24,000 nucleotides of DNA from Candidatus Desulfatibia vada (GCA_014383215.1 JACNIG010000211.1:9181-33180), one strand, 5' to 3'; positions 1-7,802 are shown, numbered from the stretch's first letter. The notes: generated from the letters alone by a model not told the origin. Program-made: numbers and translations.

Positions 1-1
1 T

Positions 2-397
2 GAGGCCCGCGGCGGTACCTCCAAAAAACTTTTAGGAGAAAAAAGAGACGTAAAAGTCTGGCTGGCCTGGCTGGAACGACATACCCACCGGGAAGTAGAA
101 GTGATTGAAACTCCCATCGGGTTTCTTCCAAAGTATAATGATATTAAAGATCTCTTTAAATCCATTATCGACAAGGAATACAGTGAAGAACTTTATATAA
201 AACATTTTTCTTTGTATATTGACAATATTGTTGCCAGAATAGACTTGCAGATAGAGGCATACGGCAAAGAAGCTAATGTTCCCCACAGACTATTCGAAGT
301 TTTCAAAGAGCAGCGAGCAGGCCTAACAGCCCTGAAAGAAAAGTTTGGTCCCATAGTAACGCCGTCGGACCTGGAGAAAGCTGAATCAGATTCTTAA
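2..397 (+). CDS. pckG: Phosphoenolpyruvate carboxykinase (GTP), C-terminal fragment; 5' end lies outside the window
   Basis: Frame 2 is open from nt 2 with no start codon in the window. Own translation: EARGGTSKKLLGEKRDVKVWLAWLERHTHREVEVIETPIGFLPKYNDIKDLF...PHRLFEVFKEQRAGL... The IETPIG-x-x-PKY-x-D tail and the following helical region match my memory of GTP-PEPCK C-termini. Stop at 395-397. Confidence 0.6.
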   Translation, partial: EARGGTSKKLLGEKRDVKVWLAWLERHTHREVEVIETPIGFLPKYNDIKDLFKSIIDKEYSEELYIKHFSLYIDNIVARIDLQIEAYGKEANVPHRLFEVFKEQRAGLTALKEKFGPIVTPSDLEKAESDS

Positions 398-477
398 TTT
401 AGCCGAGGAAAACAATTCACAACTCAGTACTGCCTGAAAAACGGGAACCCATCTTAAAAGTAATTTTCAGCGGTCGT

Positions 478-1674
478 ATGCTGGTTACTTTTGTTATGGG
501 TTTTGCCTGCGGTCTTCCCCTGCTGCTGACTATAACGGTGTTGCAGGCCTGGATGCAGGACGAGGGCGTCGATTTGGCCGTCATCGGCCTGATGGCCCTG
601 GTGGGTCTGCCCTATACGCTGAAATTTCTCTGGGCGCCTTTTCTGGATCGTTTTACACTCCCATTTCTGGGGCGCAGAAGAGGGTGGCTCCTGGTTGCAC
701 AGGTAGCCTTGATTTTTTCAATTGCCGGTCTGGGCTTCACCGATCCGGGGGAAAAGCCCTGGATGGTCGCAGTGGCAGCATTTATAGTTACATTCTTCAG
801 CGCCTCCCAGGATGTTGTAGTGGATGCCTATCGCCGGGAAGACCTTGTTGATGAGGAATTAGGCCTCGGTTCTTCTCTTTATGTCAACGGATATAGGGTG
901 GGGATGCTGCTGGCTTCCGGCGGCGGCCTGATTCTGGCCGACTCGCTGCCGTTTTCCTTTGTTTATCTAATTATGGCAGCCTGTATGCTTCCCGGCGTTT
1001 TAACCACACTGCTGGCACCGGAACCTGAGATTAATGTCGAAACTCCCCGAACTTTAAAGGAAGCGGTTTTCGATCCGTTGATTGATTACTTCAGGAGGCA
1101 GGAAGCCTTCTGGATCCTGGCCTTTATTCTTTTTTACAAAATCGGCGACACTATGGCCAGTGCGATGACCATACCCTTTTATATGGATATCGGATTTACA
1201 AAATCCCAGATCGGTGCGGTGGTTAAATTGTTCGGTTTCTGGGCTACCATCGTCGGGAGTCTGATCGGCGGAGTACTTATGCTGCGTCTTAAGATTAACC
1301 GCAGCCTCTGGATTTTCGGGTTTTTACAGGCCGTCTCAACGGCTTGTTTTGCTATTTTGGCGCGTATCGGCAGCAGTGTCGCTGTTTTATCGGGAGTCAT
1401 CGCCTTTGAGAATCTAAGCAGCGGTATGGGGACCGCCGCTTTTGTCGCATTCATGGCCAGTATCACCAATAAAAAATTTACCGCTACGCAATATGCGCTG
1501 CTGAGCAGTCTGATGGGTGTTCCCAGGGTTCTGGCTTCCGCCCCCACAGGCTTTCTTGCTAAATATATGGGATGGGAGGTTTTTTTTATCACATGCGCGC
1601 TTATTGCCATTCCCGGCCTGCTGCTGCTATTTAAATTTGCTCCCTGGCATTCTAAAGAGACGGCTGCAGCTTGA
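478..1674 (+). CDS. ampG: AmpG-family MFS permease (muropeptide permease-like)
   Basis: 398-aa polytopic membrane ORF. N-terminal signature GLPYTLKFLWAPFLDRF...GRRRGW is characteristic of the AmpG family. An in-frame stop at 400-402 limits any upstream extension. Confidence 0.8.
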   Translation: MLVTFVMGFACGLPLLLTITVLQAWMQDEGVDLAVIGLMALVGLPYTLKFLWAPFLDRFTLPFLGRRRGWLLVAQVALIFSIAGLGFTDPGEKPWMVAVAAFIVTFFSASQDVVVDAYRREDLVDEELGLGSSLYVNGYRVGMLLASGGGLILADSLPFSFVYLIMAACMLPGVLTTLLAPEPEINVETPRTLKEAVFDPLIDYFRRQEAFWILAFILFYKIGDTMASAMTIPFYMDIGFTKSQIGAVVKLFGFWATIVGSLIGGVLMLRLKINRSLWIFGFLQAVSTACFAILARIGSSVAVLSGVIAFENLSSGMGTAAFVAFMASITNKKFTATQYALLSSLMGVPRVLASAPTGFLAKYMGWEVFFITCALIAIPGLLLLFKFAPWHSKETAAA

Positions 1675-1676
1675 TA

Positions 1677-1705
1677 CCCTAATCGAGCCAAAACTCGATT
1701 AGGCG
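1677..1705 (+). terminator. 29-nt stem-loop (10-bp stem CCTAATCGAG/CTCGATTAGG, loop CCAAAA) 3 nt after the ampG stop; copy 1 of a repeated hairpin
   Basis: Perfect inverted repeat read directly. No U-tract follows, so it is not a canonical intrinsic terminator. The identical sequence follows the sat/cysC-like gene at 9243-9271 on the other strand. Confidence 0.45.
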
Positions 1706-1756
1706 TCAGTGGTCCGTAGTCAGTAGTTGTACAGGTTCTTAGGGCCTCTTTTGTAA

Positions 1757-2003
1757 TTTTTCAATAAGTTAGGGTTTAGAAAATCGTCGGGTTTCAGAAT
1801 TTTTCAAAAAAGGTGCTATCAAATACGCTGTTTAAGGGTGACCAAATATTTATGATTTGTCAAATTATTCGAGAAGTTGTAAAATGTTTCGGCAGCAATC
1901 ATAAATATTTAGTCACCGTGCGATGCCATGGCAGACGACCAGGATATCACCTTATTTTGAAAAACCCTGAAACCCTTTTCTCTGAGGTTATTGAGAAGTT
2001 ACC
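1757..2003 (+). repeat. 247-bp imperfect-palindromic dispersed element, copy A
   Basis: Aligns by eye over its whole length at roughly 90% identity, same orientation, with 22865-23111. Nested inverted arms include GGTGACCAAATATTTATGATT / AATCATAAATATTTAGTCACC and GGGTTTCAGAATTTTTCAAAAAAGGTG / CACCTTATTTTGAAAAACCCTGAAACCC. Confidence 0.8.
1857..1885 (+). promoter_or_regulatory. Sigma70-like promoter candidate TTGTCA-17 nt-TAAAAT in the central loop of element copy A
   Basis: Hexamers and the 17-nt spacer were counted directly. The candidate points toward the CDS at 2176. Copy B conserves it as TTGTCA-17-TAAAAC. Confidence 0.3.
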
Positions 2004-2175
2004 TCTTTTTGTGTTTCACCTGTAGTTGAACTACAACAGCGAGCGCATTCCCCGTAGCTTGCGGCAGGGTTCTTCAAATATAATCTCGCTTGCTTATTGC
2101 TTAGCAACGGACGACGGACAAAGGACAACGGACACCCAATTGAGCGTTTTCGCTCAATTGAGGTACAATTTAAAT

Positions 2176-3915
2176 ATGAACACAGATTCTGAAAACAAAA
2201 AGGCACTCGAACGCTACCAAACTTTGGCGCGGCAAAGAAGAAAGATCATGGAACTGCCGTCTAAAAAAGCTCTGGACGCTATTTTAGATGCGCCGCAGCC
2301 GGTGGCATTAGTGCATTCTTTTCCCGAGGAGGACTTCTATTTTTTGATTAATGATATCGGGCTTGAAGATTCACTTGAGTTGATGAGACTGGCATCGAAC
2401 CGGCAGTGGGAATATATCCTCGATATAGAGGTCTGGGAAAAAGACAGAATTGAAATACACGCGGTTACCCGCTGGCTCGATTTGCTCTTAAAGGTCGATC
2501 CCCAGCGTTTTCTCAAATGGTTCTTGGATGAAAAAACTGAATTCGTGGAATTCTATCTATTCAAAAACATTGAGGTCAGAATCAGAGAAAGCGATCAGGA
2601 TCCATCAGAATTTGATAAAGGGTTTTTTACGTTTGATGACACTATTTACGTCAGGTTGAAAGAGGATGTTTTCGATCCGGATGCCAAGGAGCAAGAAGCT
2701 GAGTCAACCATCAAAGAACATCGTGATGCATTCCTGTCAAACTTTTTCAGGCTCCTTGCGGATTACGACCACATCATTTATCAGAAAGTCCTGCTGGAAT
2801 CTTCAAGTGTTATCCCTGCTGAAACTGAGGAAGAAGCCTATCGCCTGCGCAATGTCAGACTGGCGGAAAAAGGCTTTATGCCCTTTGACGAAGCCATTGG
2901 AATTTACCAGTCGCTGAAGCCGCAGAATTTTGAAAAGCAGAGCGTAAAGTACACCGTCAAGGACGACGAACCCAGGCAGCTTCTTCCTGTGCCGCTTTAT
3001 CATGCCGGTATGTTAAAAGAAGATAATCTTTTTACCGGGGCCCTGAAACGGATTGAAATGAATGAGGTCTTAGAACAGATTCAGACTGAATTTGCCGGCC
3101 TGTGCAATCAGATTGTAGCCGCGGACCAGGAGACTATCAGAGACAGGGAGGCATTAGGCGCTATCGTTAAAAAGGCCTGCGGATATTTAAATATAGGCCT
3201 TGAGCGTTTAACTGCAAAAGGCACGCCACACGACATCAACCGGGCGACCGCACTGATACAGCAATATCCGCTTGCCGGAATTTTCAGAGTGGGCTACGGA
3301 CGTGCCCTCGATCTGAAATGGCGAGCTGAACGCTGGCGCAAAACAAGCTGGTTTGAAAAAGAAGGGCTGCTTTTGAACTTCTGGGACCAGGACGGGATGG
3401 GTGTGCTGGGAGGGCTGTTTATTAAAAAACCTTTGTTTTATGATAATTATGCTACCGGAGTGCTGTACCGGGAATTTGTCTGTTCAGACGACGTTGATAA
3501 GACTGCAAAAGTCTTAAATGAAATTATCTATCTAGACGAATTCCTGGCGCTGACGGCTGTTAAACCTGAGCAGATTTCAGATGACTTTCTGACCTATAAA
3601 AACTTGATCCTGACCCTCTGGGCCCGGAACTACCTGGGCCTTTCAAAAAAGCCGGCGCCCCTAACACTGGATGAATTCAAGCGGTTTTTTGACGATCTGT
3701 GGAGCGGTGAAGGTAAGCCGCGCAAAACCAGCCGGAAGATGAAAGAGGCATTTTTACATTGGCTTTCAGGCCTGACCGGACAGGCTTTGTACGAAATTTC
3801 ACAGAAACTGGACCAAACCCTGGAAAATCTTTTCAACGAGATCGAAAGGGAATTAGGGGAAGTTTCAAGCAAAGATCTTGTTCCCGTATATATCGATCTT
3901 TTTTTGATAGAATAG
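2176..3915 (+). CDS. Conserved hypothetical protein (580 aa), cytoplasmic, function unknown
   Basis: Long uninterrupted ORF. The track's TTG at 2026 would read through heptamer repeats and a hairpin, so the first ATG (2176, MNTDSENKK...) is preferred. I recognise no catalytic motif. Confidence 0.7.
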   Translation: MNTDSENKKALERYQTLARQRRKIMELPSKKALDAILDAPQPVALVHSFPEEDFYFLINDIGLEDSLELMRLASNRQWEYILDIEVWEKDRIEIHAVTRWLDLLLKVDPQRFLKWFLDEKTEFVEFYLFKNIEVRIRESDQDPSEFDKGFFTFDDTIYVRLKEDVFDPDAKEQEAESTIKEHRDAFLSNFFRLLADYDHIIYQKVLLESSSVIPAETEEEAYRLRNVRLAEKGFMPFDEAIGIYQSLKPQNFEKQSVKYTVKDDEPRQLLPVPLYHAGMLKEDNLFTGALKRIEMNEVLEQIQTEFAGLCNQIVAADQETIRDREALGAIVKKACGYLNIGLERLTAKGTPHDINRATALIQQYPLAGIFRVGYGRALDLKWRAERWRKTSWFEKEGLLLNFWDQDGMGVLGGLFIKKPLFYDNYATGVLYREFVCSDDVDKTAKVLNEIIYLDEFLALTAVKPEQISDDFLTYKNLILTLWARNYLGLSKKPAPLTLDEFKRFFDDLWSGEGKPRKTSRKMKEAFLHWLSGLTGQALYEISQKLDQTLENLFNEIERELGEVSSKDLVPVYIDLFLIE

Positions 3916-3993
3916 ATAAACTCTGCGTTCTCTGCGGCTCTAATGAGCAAAGCGAATGGGCGGTGAGTTATCGTATTAAAAATGGAGGCCACC

Positions 3994-4650
3994 ATGGCTA
4001 CTGAAATTTATGGATGGTGCGGCAAGATTCTCAATGTAGATTTGTCAAATATGCGGGTCACTGAACTTGATACCATGGACTATGCGGACCGTTTTCTCGG
4101 TGGACGCGGAATTGCCACAAAGATCTATTGGGAAGAAGTAGGGGCCGATGTGGATGCTTTTGATCCGGAGAACCGGCTGATACTGATGAGCGGACCTCTG
4201 GGAGCTACCGGTACCCAGGGCGCCTCCCGGTTTGAGGTCGTGGGGAAGTCGCCCATGTTGATGCCGGAAGGATTCTGCTACGGCAATCTTGGCGGATTTT
4301 TCGGCCCCTATTTAAAAAGGGCCGGCTACGACGGTGTTGTCATCTCGGGGCGGTCGGAAAAGCCGGTTTACCTTTGGATTCATGATGGCAAGACCCAAAT
4401 GTTAGATGCATCTTTTTTGTGGGGCAAGGGTGTTTATGCTGTCCGGGATATCTTAAAAGAAACCCATGGGAAAAACGTGCGCTTCGTAACAACCGGTGTC
4501 GCCGGTGAAAACATGTGCCGGAGTGCCAATCTGATGACGGACAATGAAGGCAGCGCCACCGGAGGGTTCGGTGCGGTGATGGGTTCTAAAAACCTTAAAG
4601 CCGTGGCAGTATTGGGAACCGGCCGGCCGTGGCTAACCCGGAGGAATTGA
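3994..4650 (+). CDS. Aldehyde:ferredoxin oxidoreductase (AOR) family, N-terminal domain segment, terminated by a frameshift
   Basis: MATEIYGWCGKILNVDLS...GGRGIATKI...ENRLILMSGPLGATG...GYDGVVISG is the typical AOR N-terminal domain. GGAGG sits 5 nt upstream of the ATG at 3994. The frame ends at TGA 4648-4650 right after ...AVLGTGRP. Confidence 0.8.
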   Translation: MATEIYGWCGKILNVDLSNMRVTELDTMDYADRFLGGRGIATKIYWEEVGADVDAFDPENRLILMSGPLGATGTQGASRFEVVGKSPMLMPEGFCYGNLGGFFGPYLKRAGYDGVVISGRSEKPVYLWIHDGKTQMLDASFLWGKGVYAVRDILKETHGKNVRFVTTGVAGENMCRSANLMTDNEGSATGGFGAVMGSKNLKAVAVLGTGRPWLTRRN

Positions 4651-5930
4651 AAAGACTGAACAAATTGGCAGTGCAGTTAAATAAGCGTGATCCGCTGATG
4701 GCCCCTTATCCTGAAGAACAGGTTCGCCGAACCGGAAAATCGTCCTGTTATCAGTGCGGTCTTGATTGTAAATATAGAAATGCTTTTCGAACAGAATCCG
4801 GCAAGGATGTTGTTAGAAAATGTCAAGCCATGTTCGTCTATTTTCCATGGGTAATGGGAAGGCCGGGAGAGTCCGCCGAGACCGCCGTGGATGCCACCGG
4901 CATCTGCAACGATCTGTCGATCTGTACCATGGAAATGTATAATATCATTCAGTGGCTGGATGCTTGCTACAAGGCCGGCTACCTTACCGATAAAGAGACC
5001 GGACTCGAGATTGCAAAACTGGGCACGCGTCCATTTTTTGAAAGCCTTGCCAATATGATTGCTCGTCGAGAAGGATTTGGCGATATTCTGGCCGCAGGCC
5101 TGCTGCGAGTCGGAGAAAAGCTCGGGAGTGAAGCCCGGTCTCATTTTGCCAATGAGGTTTCCGGTGTCGGGGACGGCGCCAACTATTCCGCCCGCGAATA
5201 TTTAATGAACGGGTTGTTGTATGCCCTGGAACCCAGGCAGCCGATCGCCATGCTTCACGAAATAAGCTGGTTAACCGGATTGTGGGTCATGCATCAGTCC
5301 AACCCTGAGTCTTCACCGGTAACATCTGCGGTTTTTCGGGCTGTGGCCGCTAAATTCTGGGGCAATGAGCAGGCCTGGGATTTAAACACCCATGCAGGCA
5401 AGGCCGAGGCGGCCGCTAAAATCATCGATCGAACCTACGCCAAGGACAGCCTTTTGTTGTGTGATTCCGCCTGGCCTATAATGGTCTCTTGGAATACGCC
5501 CGATCATGTTGGCGATGCGACTCTTGAGAGTCGAATTTATTCGGCAGTAACCGGCAGAAAAACGGATGAAGCCGGGCTGCATCAATATGGTGAAAGAATA
5601 TTTAATCTGCAACGGGGGGTTCTTTTGCGGGAAGGACGGCGGCCCAAAACAGATGATGTGCTGAAAGAGTTCAATTTTACTGATCCGGTTGAAACCGTGT
5701 TCATGAATCCCGATGTGATCGTGCCCGGGCCGGGAGAGGAAGTCGTCAGTCGCAAGGGCAAAACCCTGGATCGGGATGTCTTTGAAACCATGCGCAAGGA
5801 ATTCTATGCTTTGAGGGGCTGGGATGCTGAGTCGGGTTTGCAAAAGGCCGAGACCCTTGAAGGCCTTGGGCTGGCCGACCTGGTTCAGGACTTAAAAAAA
5901 ATAGACATGATTTTTGATGCAACCTGCTGA
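4629..5930 (+). CDS. AOR family, C-terminal tungstopterin/4Fe-4S domains segment (continuation in another frame)
   Basis: It continues as VANPEELKRL..., where AOR homologues continue after ...GTG. The CxxCxxxC cluster motif is present (SSCYQCGLDC), as is a later DSLLLC. The frame is offset by one nucleotide from the upstream segment. Confidence 0.8.
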   Translation: MANPEELKRLNKLAVQLNKRDPLMAPYPEEQVRRTGKSSCYQCGLDCKYRNAFRTESGKDVVRKCQAMFVYFPWVMGRPGESAETAVDATGICNDLSICTMEMYNIIQWLDACYKAGYLTDKETGLEIAKLGTRPFFESLANMIARREGFGDILAAGLLRVGEKLGSEARSHFANEVSGVGDGANYSAREYLMNGLLYALEPRQPIAMLHEISWLTGLWVMHQSNPESSPVTSAVFRAVAAKFWGNEQAWDLNTHAGKAEAAAKIIDRTYAKDSLLLCDSAWPIMVSWNTPDHVGDATLESRIYSAVTGRKTDEAGLHQYGERIFNLQRGVLLREGRRPKTDDVLKEFNFTDPVETVFMNPDVIVPGPGEEVVSRKGKTLDRDVFETMRKEFYALRGWDAESGLQKAETLEGLGLADLVQDLKKIDMIFDATC

Positions 5931-5996
5931 GCTCCATAGTTCTGAAATTTGTGCCCTTAGTGGCAAAAATCAATTGTTGAGCAGTACATTGTTTCA

Positions 5997-6071
5997 CGCA
6001 AAGGCGCAAAGTCCGCAAAGGAAAACAAAAATAAACTTTTTTAAGAATCTTGGCGTCTTTGCGCCTTTGCG
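5997..6071. repeat. Inverted repeat CGCAAAGGCGCAAAG / CTTTGCGCCTTTGCG (15-bp perfect arms, 45-nt spacer)
   Basis: Arms read directly at 5997-6011 and 6057-6071, between the AOR stop and the amrB-like start. The left side also has reiterated CGCAAAG units. Confidence 0.6.
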
Positions 6072-6140
6072 AGAGAATCTTATTTAATTCCGGTTTATCC
6101 GGGCAAGGTGTTTGATACTCACGGGAAAGGAGGTACTACC

Positions 6141-6992
6141 ATGCAACTAAGAAAAGCTGTTTTTGCAGGAAACTGGTACCCGGGCGATGCTGCCGGGTGC
6201 GAGAGAGAGATCAAAACTTTTCTTGAAGAAGGCAAGCAGAGGCCGGATGGGGACAGGAGCTTCATTGGCGGGATCGTCCCCCATGCCGGCTGGTACTTTT
6301 CGGGTAGCATTGCCTGCAACGTCCTCCATTGGCTTCAGGACGAAGAGCCTGTGGATGTGGTCATAATTTTCGGAATGCACCTGCATTCCGGTTCACCCTC
6401 TTATATTATGGCCGAGGGCGCCTGGGAAACACCATTCGGTCCCATTGAAATCGAACAGACCATGGCCGGCGAGCTTGCCAAGCAGTTTAGCTTTAGAATT
6501 GAAACTGCTGACAACTTTACCCAGGACAATACCATCGAACTCCAGCTTCCTTTTGTAAAATACTTCTTCAAAGATGCCAAACTCATTCCCATGGGTGTGC
6601 CGCCCAACAAAAAAACGATAGAGATCGGCAGGGCGGTGGCGGATATCTCAACCCGGCTGGGCCGGCGGGTAAAAGTGATCGGATCCACGGATCTAACTCA
6701 TTACGGAAACAATTATGGATTTGTGGTCAAAGGTAGGGGGCCGGCAGCGATCGACTGGGTGCGCAATGAAAACGACCGCCGGGTTATTGATGCCATGCTG
6801 GCAATGGACCCCGACAGTGTTATCAGCGAAGCTCTCGAGAACCAGAATGCCTGCTGTGGCGGTGCGGCCGCAGCGGCGATTGCCGCGGCCAAACAGTTAG
6901 GGGCCCAAAAGGCGCAAAGTATCGCCTATGCCACCAGCTATGATAAAAGCCCCGGCGATAGTTTTGTGGGATATGTGGGGATTGTCTTCTAA
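6141..6992 (+). CDS. amrB: MEMO1-family / AmmeMemoRadiSam system protein B-like
   Basis: MQLRKAVFAGNWYPG..., PHAGWYFSG, DNTIELQLPFVKY and GSTDLTHYG match Memo/AmrB family motifs from memory. The RBS GAAAGGAGG lies 7 nt upstream of ATG 6141, which I prefer over the track's start at 6108. Confidence 0.75.
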   Translation: MQLRKAVFAGNWYPGDAAGCEREIKTFLEEGKQRPDGDRSFIGGIVPHAGWYFSGSIACNVLHWLQDEEPVDVVIIFGMHLHSGSPSYIMAEGAWETPFGPIEIEQTMAGELAKQFSFRIETADNFTQDNTIELQLPFVKYFFKDAKLIPMGVPPNKKTIEIGRAVADISTRLGRRVKVIGSTDLTHYGNNYGFVVKGRGPAAIDWVRNENDRRVIDAMLAMDPDSVISEALENQNACCGGAAAAAIAAAKQLGAQKAQSIAYATSYDKSPGDSFVGYVGIVF

Positions 6993-7040
6993 CTAGTGAG
7001 ACCTTGCAAAAAAGGGCGTTTTGCAAAGGTCTTACTAGTT
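6991..7040 (+). terminator. Stem-loop of about 20 bp (one bulge, one G-U) starting at the amrB-like stop codon
   Basis: AACTAGTGAGACCTTGCAAAA ... TTTTGCAAAGGTCTTACTAGTT paired by hand. There is no clear U-tract. Confidence 0.45.
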
Positions 7041-7043
7041 CAG

Positions 7044-7318
7044 GTGTCGGGGAGTTTTCTCTTATGGTCGCTTCATGGAAAATCTTTTTTTAAACCGTGT
7101 GAACTCGTGTATAAGGGCTCGTAAAGAAAGAACAGAGGCTTTTATCACAAAAAACAACAGGTTTGCTTTACGATGGGCAATCGTTTGCAATAAAGCAATT
7201 GCGGCATCCGTCTGTTCTTGCTAACGGATTCCTAATACACTCAAACAGCACACGCTTTAAAAAAAGATCATCCATTCCGCTGACAGATAATACGCTATGA
7301 TAAAAACTCCCCGACCCC
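7044..7318. repeat. Long imperfect palindrome of about 275 bp (MITE-like or structured RNA)
   Basis: Perfect 13-bp outer arms GTCGGGGAGTTTT (7046-7058) / AAAACTCCCCGAC (7303-7315). Perfect 13-bp inner arms ATCTTTTTTTAAA (7082-7094) / TTTAAAAAAAGAT (7256-7268). Further imperfect complementarity runs toward the centre near 7181. Confidence 0.6.
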
Positions 7319-7658
7319 TCAACTAATTGAGCCGGACGATACACAACGCTGCCATAATCCCGATAATTACCCAGAATATTGTTTTAGTTGGAGAAGAGGG
7401 TCCAAGGATCACTCCAACTCTTTTGGAAATGACCCAAAATATTTAACAATTAAGAGTTGTTAGAAAGAGGGGGGCACTTCTTATACCCATTATGTACCGC
7501 TCAAAATCATTCTTGCTTTTTGACCGCAATAAGCTTTAATTCAAAAAATTCAGTTCTGTTTAACTCATTTTGATTTGTATTTTGTTTGCATCAACAAAAA
7601 GCATTCTTAAAAAGTTAAATATTTGCCCTATTATGGAACTATTGTGAGGCGTTGAAAA

Positions 7659-7802
7659 ATGAAAAATGTTTTGTTGCTGTCATTATGTACCGGGATGTTT
7701 GTTTTTGGCATGATTGGAGTGGCAGGTGTTATGACGTACGCGGATACTTATGTTGCAGAAATTTATTTAAGTATCATTTTACTATTCGTTAGCGCGGCAT
7801 AG
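7659..7802 (+). CDS. Possible small ORF (47 aa) with a signal-peptide-like N-terminus
   Basis: Own translation: MKNVLLLSLCTGMFVFGMIGVAGVMTYADTYVAEIYLSIILLFVSAA*. It is below the ORF-track size cutoff, has no convincing RBS and has no support beyond hydrophobicity. Confidence 0.2.
   Translation: MKNVLLLSLCTGMFVFGMIGVAGVMTYADTYVAEIYLSIILLFVSAA

Noticed and set aside
1179-1702. Antisense or overlapping ORFs on ampG (1179-1691 minus, 1517-1702 plus). Similar shadows occur on the AOR gene (4677-5144, 5382-5843, 5582-5797, 5746-6018), amrB (6119-6900 set), the sat/cysC-like gene (9484-10494 set) and gene A (20749-21426 set).
   Set aside because: All overlap stronger CDSs with recognisable family motifs. 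Their compositions (Arg/Pro/Ser-rich) are typical of wrong-frame translation.
1813-2025. 70-aa plus-strand ORF
   Set aside because: It lies entirely inside the 247-bp palindromic repeat. The equivalent region of copy B is not kept open in the same way, and it has no RBS. Most likely non-coding.
2153-2165. 13-nt match CTCAATTGAGGTA shared with 21812-21824, both upstream of plus-strand genes
   Set aside because: It could be a shared regulatory motif. However, one 13-mer match in 24 kb of repeat-rich DNA is not convincing, and the -35/-10 reading at 2141-2169 would leave an implausibly short leader.
2026-2175. TTG-initiated 5' extension of the 629-aa ORF in the track
   Set aside because: The extension reads through four ACGGACA-type heptamers (2107-2134) and a 10-bp hairpin (2137-2160). 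It gives low-complexity peptide (TDDGQRTTDTQ). The first ATG at 2176 gives a sensible N-terminus.
4615-4650. Programmed -1 ribosomal frameshift in the AOR gene
   Set aside because: There is no X-XXY-YYZ slippery heptamer at the junction and no obvious downstream stimulatory structure. An indel in the CCGGCCGGCC run is the simpler explanation and is reported as a finding instead.
7487-7695. 12-nt exact repeat CATTATGTACCG at about 7490 and about 7681
   Set aside because: It is a single short match, and one copy lies inside the doubtful 47-aa ORF. That is insufficient to claim a duplication or binding site.
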